64,000 bases of DNA from Tubiluchus corallicola (Eukaryota; Animalia; Priapulida): contig JAQGDQ010000503.1 of NCBI GenBank assembly GCA_030141605.1, positions 70,703 through 134,702 on the forward strand, written 5' to 3'. The notes under the pieces are model-generated. The model searched no databases. It saw nothing but the letters and a program-made list of their open reading frames with translations, and was not told where the DNA came from. A program made the position numbers and the translations under genes. Shown piece by piece: positions 52,881 to 64,000 of the stretch; within the stretch, counting starts at the first letter, position 1, and every line of letters begins with the position of its first letter.

Positions 52881-53883
52881 CTTGTGAAAAATTGGCAATG
52901 AACATATTTGTTCAAATCTGTTAAATTAAAACTATAAATAGCTGCCATACATAATTTGATGTTGAGTTTTAACAGCCTGTAAAACAGACGTTTTATACAG
53001 CAAATGTGCTGGCGGAAAGTATTATGGCAATACACACCTACATATGAACAAACGCACTCTCTCCCTATAACTTGCTAAATTTGGCTTAATTGTACACATG
53101 GATCTGCACTTATAAATTATTGTTGGTCTTCAAGACTGACAAATGTGTGTGTGCCCTAGACAAGCATACGTAACACCACCATACACCAAGTGTGCCACAC
53201 TACAGTACTCTATATTTACAAGTTTCAGATTTTCCATCACTGAATTTCCTTAAGGCAACTAAGAAGTCGTATTCATCCGGAATGAAGCGCCAATTTTCGC
53301 GCCAGATGAAGAACTTCCTACTGATATAGGAAAACAATTAAACTCCTTTTTGGTATCACCAATTTCCTGGCAAGCTGACTGTACAACAGAAAGTTTCCTA
53401 AAAAATTTTATTTCCAGCATGCCAGTGATTTTCTTACATCCTGCTATGTCTTCTTCGTTAGGTGTTCTCTTCAGTGGTTTACACTCTTTGTGCATCTCAG
53501 GTATGTACAATAAGTGGCCCACTGTTTCTTTATACTCGTCGTTCATTGTTATTACGTTCACTAAATTGTGTATATCCAGTGCTGTCAGCCCTTTATTGTT
53601 TGGCTTTTCAAGGCAGACTCCATGCTAACATTGTGTAACGTCACTTCTTGTACCTGTGTGTGAATGCGCAGCTGCGTATAGTGGAATGTCACCTTCTTTA
53701 TTACAAATGTCAAGACCACTTCCGTACAGCAGAGCTGTGTTGTCAAACTTACCATTTTTATTTATAAAATAATGTAGGCTTAGCTCAGACCTCTCTATTG
53801 CAGCAATCGACTTATTGCTAGAGCCAGGAACTCCTAACAGATGTTGGAGTAAAACACGTAGTGTTTCTGTGCTTCCAACTTTA

Positions 53884-54218
53884 ACTACAGCTATAAGAGC
53901 TGTCTGTTCATCCTTATTGCTAGAGCTGGGACTACAGCTATAAGAGCTGTCTGTTCGTCCTTTTATGCTAGAGCTGGGACTACAGCTATAAGAGCTGTCT
54001 GTTCATCCTTTTATGCTAGAGCTCTGACTACAGCTATAAGAGCTGTTTGTTCGTCCTTTTATGCTAGAGCTGGGACTACAGCTATAAGAGCTGTCTGTTC
54101 GTCCTTTTATGCTAGAGCTGGGACTACAGCTATAAGAGCTCTCTGTTCATCCTTTTATGCTAGAGCTCTGACTACAGCTATAAGAGCTCTCTGTTCACCC
54201 TTATTGCTAGAGCTGGGA
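53884..54218. repeat. 48-bp minisatellite, ~7 copies, derived from part of an ankyrin repeat
   Basis: actacagctataagagc at 53884, 53931, 53979, 54027, 54075, 54123, 54171. Confidence 0.93.
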
Positions 54219-55079
54219 ACTCCTGACAAATGTTGCAGTAAAATGCATAGTGTTTCTGTGCTTCCACCTTTAATTAGCACCATGACAAAGTAATAATTCC
54301 AGCGTTTCATGATGCCCGTGTGCAGCTGCAGTCATTAGAGCTGTCACATCAAATGCATCACAACCATTACAATCAGTATTGCGGTCAAGAGCCAAGAGAC
54401 ATTCAACAGTAACATTGCCATGGGAAAAGTCTGTTTGTTATCCTTGTTGTTACATGATGTTAGAATGCAACTTCTCTGCCATAACAAGTTTATGGCTTGT
54501 TCATCTCTGTTACCAGCAGCAATCAAAGGTGCAGACCAGCCGTCTTTGGATTTGGCATTACAAATAGCACCAAAAGCCAGAAGAATCAATATGGTTGCAT
54601 AATTGCTAGCACGTGTAGCATACATAAGAGGCGTCCATGTATCTTTATTACTGACATTACAGTCAGCATTACTTCTAAGCAGCAATTTAAGTCAGCAACA
54701 CCAGCGACTTAACTCCTTCCCTACATTCGAGTCTCCCTTCTTAGCTGCCCAGATAAGAGCAGTCTGTCCAAGCCTGTCACTGACATTACAATCAGCTCCA
54801 TTAGCTAGTAAGAGCTGAACTACATTCAAATGTCCTTTATAAGCTGCTAGCATCAGAGCAGTTTGTCCATACTTGTCACAGACATTACAATCAGCTTCAC
54901 TAGCTACTAAGAACTGAACTACATTCACATGTCCTTTAAAAGTTGCTTTCATGACAGGAGTCCATCCATTGTTGTCACTTACATTACAATCAGCTCCACT
55001 AGCTAATAAGCTCTATAAGCTACTAGCATCAGAACAGTTTGTCCATGCTTCTCACAGACATTACAATCACCTCCACTAG

Positions 55080-56460
55080 CTAGTAAGAGCTGAACTACAT
55101 TCAAATGTCCTTTATAAGCTGCTAGCATCAGAGCAGTTTGTCCATACTTGTTACAGACATTACAATCATACAATCAGCTCCACCAGCTAGTAAGAGATGA
55201 ACTACATTCAAATGTCCTTTATAAGCTGCTAGCATCAGAGCAGTCTGTCCATACTTGTCACAGACATTACAATCATACAATCTGCTCCACTAGCTACTAA
55301 GAGCTGAACTACATTCACATGTCCTTTATAAGCTGCTAGCATCAGAGCAGTTTGTCCATACTTGTCGCAGACATTACAATCATACAATCTGCTCCACTAG
55401 CTACTAAGAGCTGAACTACATTCACGTGTCCTTTATAAGCTGCTTTCATAAGAGTCGTCCATCCATCATAATCAGCTCTACTAGCTAGTAAGAGCTGAAC
55501 TACATCCACATGTCCATTGTAAGCTGCTTTCATGGCAGGTGTCCATCCATTGTTGTCACTTATGTTACAATCAGCTTCACTAGCTACTAAGAGCTGAACT
55601 ACATTCAAATGTCCTTTATAAACTGCTAGCATCAGAGGAGTTTTTCCATACTTGTCACAGACATTACAATCATACAATCACCTCCACTAGCTAGTAAGAG
55701 CTGAACTACATTCACATGTCCCTTATAAGCTGCTAGCATCAGAGCAGTTTGTCCATACTTGTCACAGACATTACAATCATACAATCAGCTCCACTAGCTA
55801 GTAAGAGCTGAACTACATTCACATGTCCTTTATAAGCTGCTAGCATCAGAGCAGTTTGTCCGTACTTGTCACAGACATTACAATCATACAATCAGCTCCA
55901 CTAGCTAGTAAGAGCTGAACTACATTCAAATGTCCTTTATAAGCTGCTAGCATCAGAGCAGTTTGTCCATACTTGTCACAGACATTACAATCATACAATC
56001 ACCTCCACTAGCTAGTAAGAGCTGAACTACATTCACATGTCCTTTATAAGCTGCTAGCATCAGAGCAGTTTGTCCGTACTTGTCACAGACATTACAATCA
56101 TACAATCACCTCCACTAGCTAGTAAGAGCTGAACTACATTCACATGTCCTTTATAAGCTGCTAGCATCAGAGCAGTTTGTCCGTACTTGTCACAGACATT
56201 ACAATCATACAATCAGCTCCACTAGCTAGTAAGAGCTGAACTACATTCAAATGTCCTTTATAAGCTGCTAGCATCAGAGCAGTTTGTCCATACTTGTCAC
56301 AGACATTACAATCATACAATCACCTCCACTAGCTAGTAAGAGCTGAACTACATTCACATGTCCCTTATAAGCTGCTAGCATCAGAGCAGTTTGTCCATAC
56401 TTGTCACAGACATTACAATCATACAATCAGCTCCACTAGCTAGTAAGATCTGAACTACAT
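55080..56460. repeat. 107-bp tandem repeat = 99-bp ankyrin unit + 8-bp duplication
   Basis: cttgtcacag at 55651, 55758, 55865, 55972; each unit contains tacaatcatacaatc. Confidence 0.92.
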
Positions 56461-57591
56461 TCAAGTGTCATTTATTTGTTACAGTAAAGTACGTATAACT
56501 CAAAATTGTTACATTAAAGTAAAGTATTTGTTACTATCTTACGCTGATATTAAATGTTTTAAGATTACACATAGACAAGTTAATCTCTGTACAAATATCG
56601 CTATAGCTTCTAGGTGGAAACCATGACATTTTTAATACATATAGGACAGTAGGATCAGAGCGATATATTATGTATGCATTTGTAATCACCCTTAATTACG
56701 ACTGCTAAATATGTTTTGATTCACTAAGAAAACTCAACTGTTTTACAAAAACATGCAATAGTGTTTGAAACAAAGCATAATTGAAGCAAAGTAAATCTGA
56801 GTTTTTTTAAGCAAAGTAAAGCAACATGGGCTGGCTTTGCAATATATCGGTAAACTGACTTTCGAAGGTGCTGAAAATTGACTCAAGACTGTGTAGAAAA
56901 AGCGTTCTAACAAAACTAACTCGTAATATCCATCATTGCACATGCATTAAAAATAGTAATACACAATCGTGCAGCACGGTTTCTTTTTTTCGACAGCAAA
57001 TTCTCCAAGACCCCTACTGTTAACACAGCAAAACACGACAGTTCCTTTCATAAGGTGTTTATTGCAGTCTTTATTTTCTAAAGGAGAAAAACAAAAGAAT
57101 ACATAAAATTTTCAGTAATGCAATTTGAACAAAACTACAGAAATTTGAACAAAAAAAAATTACACAGAAAATTGCTTTCTAATTAATAAACTTAGATTTA
57201 CAAAAATCACTTACTTCGTTTGGCTAGAGAGCGCACACTGTTTATGGTTGAAGCATGACATTAAATTTCTCACATAAAAATTGCATTATCCACATTACAA
57301 GTCTCTGCTATAACCAGTCAACTCTTTTGGCTCCCTCATGCGGGAAAAAAACAAATTATATGGGTAATTTGCCCATAACACCTACCAAGGGTCATTAGAA
57401 GTTTTTTTATACCCTGTGTTCAACTGTTGGGTTATTTTTCTGTTTTGAGATCACAATTCAGAATCATTTCACTGTGTACAAGTATGCGCTGCACTGACTT
57501 GGTATTCGAGTGTCATTAAACCAACTGAGGATAGCCGGTATTGCATGAAAGAACAACAACAAAAATATTTAAATGTCCTTTTTTAGTTTAA

Positions 57592-60351
57592 CCTTTATCT
57601 TACCGCGTATACTTCTAGCTGTCCGTTTTATTCATTTTTACATGGATGTGTTCTATTAACATACCTATTGTATGTAACAAGTTTCAGGCAAATCCCTTCA
57701 CGGGTTACGGAGATATGGAATGTTCCATTTATGGAACATTGGGAAGATCAGCACGTATTACTTACAAAAGGACACACTGAAGATTGATGCATGTTGCATT
57801 GCATTTTCGATGTTTATTTACAGCAATACATGACAACACAATGTATGTATACAACACATGATATTTCTTCATGTGCACGACTGAACATGCACATGCCTAT
57901 CACACTGCATGTGCATATACACCTCGCCCTAGCGGCGGTGGTACACGATAAAGCAGTCCTTCTGCCTCTCACTGTGGAGCCGCACTCCGCACTTGTTGCA
58001 CATTAGTTTCGTGTTTGTTTTACATACTTTACATCGTCCCTGAGTCGTTGTCACAGCCTGGTGATTTCGACCATCAAACCTCGCGTCGACTGGAAGGCCC
58101 ATAGGCCCGTGACCTACGCCTCGAACAGCAAATGGTTCAGTGTCCGCTTTTAGTAGGCACAAAGCCACATTCCGCCGAAAGTCCAAATGAGTCATCACTG
58201 TCACGATGAAGGACACAGTAAAGCCGCCACGCTGCAACAATGGATACGTTCACTGCATTTAGGAAGAGTGGCCAGTACCACTTTTTTCCTCTGATCATTG
58301 GCCTGTACGATCCTAGAAGGCGATCAAATAGGTCCACTCTGCCCATACCCTGATTGTATGCATTGACAAGGTGAGGCTGGGCAACGTCCTTCTCTCCCCC
58401 TTTTGTTCTCCTTTTCACCTGGTGAATCGGAAGATGGGTTTGATAGTTGCTAGCTACCGCTACAACTGAATTGTCGGTCCACATTGTTACGTAGACATTG
58501 CCATCAAATGTGTAATCAAATGTGCCCCTATCCTTCTTGGCAAGTTCTTTCTTGGAAATCATAGATTTCGAAGCACCACGTGTTCTGTTTTCTTGGACAG
58601 TTCCTGTTGCTTTCAAGTTTGCCGCATACAAATCACTCAACAGATCATACGAAGTAAAAAAATTATCAAAGAACAGTTCGTGGCGGTGAACGTCCGAGTT
58701 TTCCGAAATAACCTTCACCATATTCTGTACAACTCGAGTTCCTAACGGGATGTCACGATCTGCACCCTCTTCCTTCCCTTGGTACAGTCGCATTGCATAT
58801 GGGTAGCCGTCAGCACCGCAGAAACACCATATTTTGTACCCAAATCTAATGGGCTTTCGTTTTATGTACATCTTGCCCCCGTGTCGCCCGAAATAAGGCA
58901 CCATGCTTTCGTCTACGCTCAAAAGATTGTGGAACACACCAAACCGAACAATGTTGGCATTGAGAACGTCATATAACGGCATTACTTTTGCGAACTTATT
59001 TCCACGAGCAAGGTTCTGATTATCGGCGAAGTGAATATACCTTTTTATTTCCTGAAACCTGTTTCTGCTCATTGCGTTGGAAATGACTGGAACTCCCAAA
59101 TCAGGCTGTGTTGACCAGTAGTGGTGTTCTTCAGGAAGACTGTGGTAACCCGACACAACTAGACATCCGATGAACCGTCATACTTCTGACTTTGTGACTG
59201 TAAAGCTGGGCTTGTTTTTATCCCGACGTGCGTAGAGTAGTGTCTGCTCAACAACATCATTCATCAAATTGTCGGAAAAGATTTCTCTCCACAACTCGTA
59301 TGGAGTCTCGCCTTCCAATGCATTCAGTTCATGAGACAACGTGATATCAGCAGTGGATAATATCTTGTCGAAGTCAGTCTTCTTTCTCCAATTTGGAAGT
59401 TGTCTTCGTTCTCCACGACGGGCGGATTTACTTGGTGGTTCTTCATTCTCGACTACATCGTCATCCGCTTCCTCCTCCACTTCCATCTCTCCCGCCGGCT
59501 CGAAGTCAACATCTTCTTGGCTGTCCTCCAAATCACTGTCTTGATCAGCTTCGTCTCCTGCGGCGGGAGGAAGCAGGACCACATTGACTGGGTGTTCACT
59601 CTGTTCCAGTGTGTCGCGTGCCTCCGCTAGAGTACGAACACGTGAGGACTTTCTCCCGTAGAAGAACGTGGTATCGATAACCTAGAAAAATTTGGTCGAG
59701 CTCTATTTAGGTCAACTTACAACACACTATGCTAATAACGTAACACGCTAAATTAGATAAATTACAATTTACATTGACTACAATAGCTAGAACAATAGCA
59801 AAAATACGTGTTTTGTAACGCTGGTATCCACAAAATGTTGTGTTTCACTCAACTTGTTAGGAAAGTATCAAGAACAATGGCAGTGAGCGCTACGCTACTT
59901 GGCAATAAGCTGCACACTGTAAGCATGACTGTGGGGAGCCACGCTCCACTGTACACTGCAACCTAAAACGTGCTGATCCTACCAATGTTCCATAAATGGA
60001 ACATCAAAATATTACAGTATTTTTTTAGTACTTAGCAACCGAATGTACGATCTGTTATATTGCCAATCAATACCTTGGAGTGTAAGCTTTTAGGCAGTGC
60101 AGCCAATTTCCACTGAAGTTCACTCTGCACTTTTTCAGGCCAATTTGAAATTGCGCGGTCAAATTTCGTATTTTTAGGCCTTAGTTGGGCAACCATGAAA
60201 AATTTGAATCTCAATATAAAAAGTTCAGTTTCCCAACAAAGTAAGAAACATGTCAGGACATCACGATAGAGGTAGAATTGCCTCGATAAATTAAGCATGT
60301 GAGCTGCGATGGCGCCATAAAAAGTATGTTCCATTTATGGTAAGATAAAGG
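57592..60351 (-). mobile_element. Full-length piggyBac transposon (PGBD2/3-like transposase, two frameshifts)
   Basis: TTAA TSDs (57588-57591, 60352-60355); perfect 13-bp TIR CCTTTATCTTACC; ORFs 59178-59582, 58137-59156, 57929-58240 with SVDESM, KPIRFGYK, FFDNFFTS, YNQGMGRVDLFD and a C-terminal Cys/His finger; internal palindromes ATGTTCCATTTATGGAACAT. Confidence 0.96.
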
Positions 60352-60544
60352 TTAAGAAGCTTTATTAAGTTTTTATAATAATTTTGTGAAAGTTATTTAT
60401 GAAGTTGAAATTGAACACTTGTAGAAAACAACTAAACACAAGATTACATGTTTGCACAAAACTAAACACTTTTATTGCACTAAATACACAGTAAAATGCA
60501 CAAGTAAAATGAAGATCACAACTGCTGCACAGCACTGAGTGTGT

Positions 60545-60648
60545 GACAGAGAGACAGTGTGTCCCATGAGTTGCACGACTGCACTGCCTGAGACAGAGAG
60601 ACAGTGTGTCCCATGAGTTGCACGACTGCACTGCCTGAGACAGAGAGT
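60545..60648. repeat. ~50-bp direct duplication
   Basis: gacagagagacagtgtgtcccatgagttgcacgactgcactgcctga twice. Confidence 0.85.
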
Positions 60649-60989
60649 GACTAGCAGTGAAATCTAGCCAGTTTATATAGGTAGAGAACTATGCAAAAAC
60701 TTGGCTTCACATATCCCATTACAGTGAAATAGGGGAGATACAATGAGTTTGAATATTCACTGGACCGAACAATTGTACTAAGGGTGAGTTGAACTAGTAA
60801 ATGTTAAAGTAACTAATCAATAGTTGGCAGCACCTAAAATATACAGTTACAACTTTCACAAATTTCAAATACAATTAATAACATGCAATATAGCCCTCTT
60901 CAGCTGATAAGTTATATATAACTCCATATAATATTGCCTATATGACTATTTCTGTTTTATGATTTTCTGCTTTTCCGCTGTAGTTACTA

Positions 60990-63847
60990 TTATGATTAGA
61001 TGGCCAGCAGAAATTTCCCAAATTAATGAAAGTAGCGTTAAGAGCATTTGCAATGTCTTTAGTTTACTTTATTACTTTATTGTCAATTATAAGTTCCGTG
61101 ATATGGGTTCGCTTGTTTGTATATCTGTTAATGACATTATTAATTATTTCCCATTTATCTTTAGAAGAGGTTGCCTTATTACATTTTTGCTGTATATATT
61201 TGTTTTTTAAAGATTTGTTTAGATTATTAAATGCATTTCTCGCTTTTTTATAATTATGTTTAGATTTGGTAGTTGTCCACAATTTATTTAAGTGTTGTTT
61301 CGTTGTTCTTAGTAAATCCAGTTCTTGAGTAGTCCATGGACTTTTAGTATTTCGCTTACGTTCGGGTTGAGCAAAAGTTTTTATACGTTTATAGGGGGCG
61401 TGCAAATTAAGACAGTATTCAATATTATTTGTAATAAGTTCAACTTGGGCATCAATATTAGTAGTGTAATAGATTTCTTTCCAACTCATTTTAGCTAAAT
61501 CGTCAAGAAAATATGTCTCATTGAATTAGTAGTGTCTTATGAGTTTGTATGATGGATTAGAGTCAAAATTTGATGAGGGGGATTTTTGACCCGCTATAAT
61601 AACAAAATTGTGATCAGAATAATCACAAGGGCAGCTGTCGTAGGACAGACAAATTTTGTATTGTCATTTGAGATGAAGTGGTCAATTAATGTAGATGATG
61701 TTTTAGATATTCTTGTCGGTTACATTTAGACAGAATTTATTTAATAGTTCAATGTATTGTTTGCATTCAGGACTTTTGGTATTATTAATGTCAATGTTAA
61801 AATCTCCCATTATAAGGATACGCTTGTTTTCGAAAACAGCTCGTCAAACTTCTACCGAAAAATGTTTTAGGAAGGTTTTATATATTTGATTTGGGGACCG
61901 GTAAATAATTCCAACTAGGTAATCTTCTATGTTGTACCATAAAGTTTCGATTTTATTAGTTCTTATGCCTTTTGCTTCAGTTGATTTGAAATGTGCTGGG
62001 ATGTAAATTGCTACCCCTCCTCCGTTTCTCGAATTGCATCTGTCTTTTCGCATTAGGATGTGCTTAGGTAATTGTAAAGATTTGCTTGATATTTTTTTGT
62101 TCAACCAAGTTTCGGTGATAACAATTACTAGGTTTTCCGATGCGTGTACATTATCTTTGAGAAGCCAGTGTTTTTTTTTGTTAAACTTTGAATATTAATA
62201 TTAAGAAATTTTATATTTTTCTTGAATTTATTAATAAAATTGTTTATTTCCAGAGTTAAATTATTGTGTGTGTTGCTGCTGCTGTTAATGTTGTTGTTAA
62301 TGGGCTTGGGTTTGACTCTATACAACCTATAATGAGTAATATACTTAAAATAATTAATTTGAAAGCCATTTAAGCATGTTTTGCACAAGCAGCAATGCAG
62401 CATTGAACGCATTTGCCTTTTCAGGAAATACACAGAGTTAAAAATATTTTTTACAAGTGGTTGAGCGTCATAATTAAAGTTGAAATTATTAAAATCAGAC
62501 CAATTTTTAAGTTTAAAACTATGATAATTCTTAATTATTACAGGTAAGTTGGTGTTGCCATTGTACAGCTGTAAGATGCATATCGAAGCAATAAATAAAA
62601 TTTTATGGGAATTACATTTAGCTTTTACACATATGAATTTTTTTGAAATATAAATTAAGATCTGTATTACAGTACTTATTAAGTCAAGACTATAAAGCAG
62701 AAAATCAGGATTAAGGCAACATGGGTCCACTAGTAAAATATATGAAGGTATTACGCTTAAATTTATCAGCACCATAATTAGTTTACTATTGTGTGACTTA
62801 GAAAGAGTAACGTAAATTATGAGAGTTAGACTGATTGCCAATAGGCTAATGTTGACGATAGGCCTATAACATGCACACATTTCATCATTAGTGCGTACAT
62901 TATATGAAGTACAGGCGGCACTAAATAGTAGCATAAATAGCAAAAACGTTATTTTTAAACTGAACATAAAAACGTCAATACCAATGAAATTCAATCGGGA
63001 AACTCGTAATAAATTTGTTTGCTACAACGGGAGTTTCTTAGATACAATTTTAATTACAGAAAACTGTTTAAGAACTTTTGCACAGCGTTGCTAATGAGCT
63101 CATTCAATTGTTCTTTCTTTTCAGCGTCACAATTTGATGCAGGCGAGCCAGTGGTTGGGGTGCTAATCTGTTTTGGTTGTTTGTGTAGGACCTGTGCGCA
63201 TGTGCTATTGTGTTGTTTATTATTCACGAGTAGGTCTTGATCAGTGGTTTTGTTGTTTGTTGTAGTGTAACAATCCTGATCAGGTACGGGCGTTGGCAGC
63301 AAAGCTGGTCTTCTCAATGTTCGCTGTAGTATAAAATTATCATTCATTTCCTTGCTTTGTGTGATTGATGCTGTTTGTCCTATAATGGGCTTTACTGGCC
63401 TACTATTATACCGTTTAGGCGCAATCCACCTTTTATTGTCACTGGTCAAGCAGTGAGAAATTACCTGGGTTAATTTATCAACACCTGTTCTACTTAGGTG
63501 TAATCCATCCATTGCTATCAATTCATTATTAATCCATCATTATTAACGAAAAATTTTGCCACTTCGCTCAATATCAAGTCCTCATTACTGGTTAATTTAT
63601 ACAATTCGCTTTTCAATTGATATACGGTCTTATTAATGGTATCCGTAATTTGAATTTTTCCAAAAACATATTTGTTGTTAAATATCACAGGAATGTCACA
63701 TATGAAAATGTTAGCTGGCGAAAAGACTTTCCTAATTTTACTTACGCAATATCTAAACCTTTCAATCGTTACAGCCGTAGTAGTAGTAGTAGTAGCAGTA
63801 GTAGTAGCAGTAGTAGTAGCAGTAGTAGTAGTAGCAGTAGTAGTAGT

Positions 63848-63879
<32 letters not shown>

Positions 63880-63900
63880 TACGACCACGAGAAATTTTTG
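60990..63900 (-). mobile_element. 5' half of a CR1/L2-group LINE: ORF1 with SGNH esterase and ORF2 APE endonuclease; RT missing
   Basis: ORF1 DGLHLSRTG (DxxH); EN motifs NINIQSL, ITETWL, RKDR..GGGVAIY, GIIYRSPN, IMGDFNID, TLIDH, YSDH; breaks after DIANALNATFINLG, homologous to the 5' end of the 24100-26275 copy. Confidence 0.88.
63778..63878. repeat. (TAG)n/(CAG)n microsatellite
   Basis: Direct inspection. Confidence 0.95.
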
Positions 63901-64000
63901 ATCAGTCTTCGATTTTCTGAAGCTTCACAACCAGCAGAATGGGGGCATTTGATTGGCTACTGTATTTAAGCACCAGTACCACTAAACATCGTCGATAGAA

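Larger units (their letters stand above)
52950..56460 (-). pseudogene. Ankyrin-repeat / cGAS-like (Mab-21) nucleotidyltransferase fusion pseudogene
   Basis: Many ankyrin repeats ([28 protein letters not shown]), then PISVGSSSSGAKIG-[frameshift]-IPDEYDFLVAL at ~53250-53330, matching the cGAS/Mab-21 GSxxxxxKIxxPxE[FY]D motif. Confidence 0.75.

Noticed and set aside
63617-63920. Poly-Ser and poly-Val/Ala ORFs
   Set aside because: Translation of the TAG/CAG microsatellite.

Overview
AT-rich eukaryotic (invertebrate metazoan-like) genomic DNA with GT-AG introns; nothing prokaryotic and no CRISPR. The left end carries one apparently intact five-exon minus-strand gene (8509..2448, ~662 aa) for a signal peptide-LRR-LRRCT-Ig-TM receptor with a repeat-built, kinase-less tail. 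The rest is a dense graveyard of mobile elements (LINEs, piggyBac, MULE/SWIM, Tigger/pogo, hAT, P-like, DUF6729/Dada-like, MITEs) and minisatellites (35, 36, 39, 45, 48, 56, 63, 83, 107 bp units). Highlights: (1) an uninterrupted 508-codon endogenous negative-strand RNA virus L-protein fragment (methyltransferase/CTD) ending in an A-rich tail next to a perfect 37-bp inverted repeat; (2) a decayed ankyrin-repeat/cGAS-like (Mab-21) nucleotidyltransferase fusion; (3) truncated paralogs of the LRR receptor; (4) essentially every recognisable coding remnant from ~22 kb to 64 kb lies on the minus strand, as in a uni-strand piRNA cluster. All family calls come from motif recognition by eye, not database searches.
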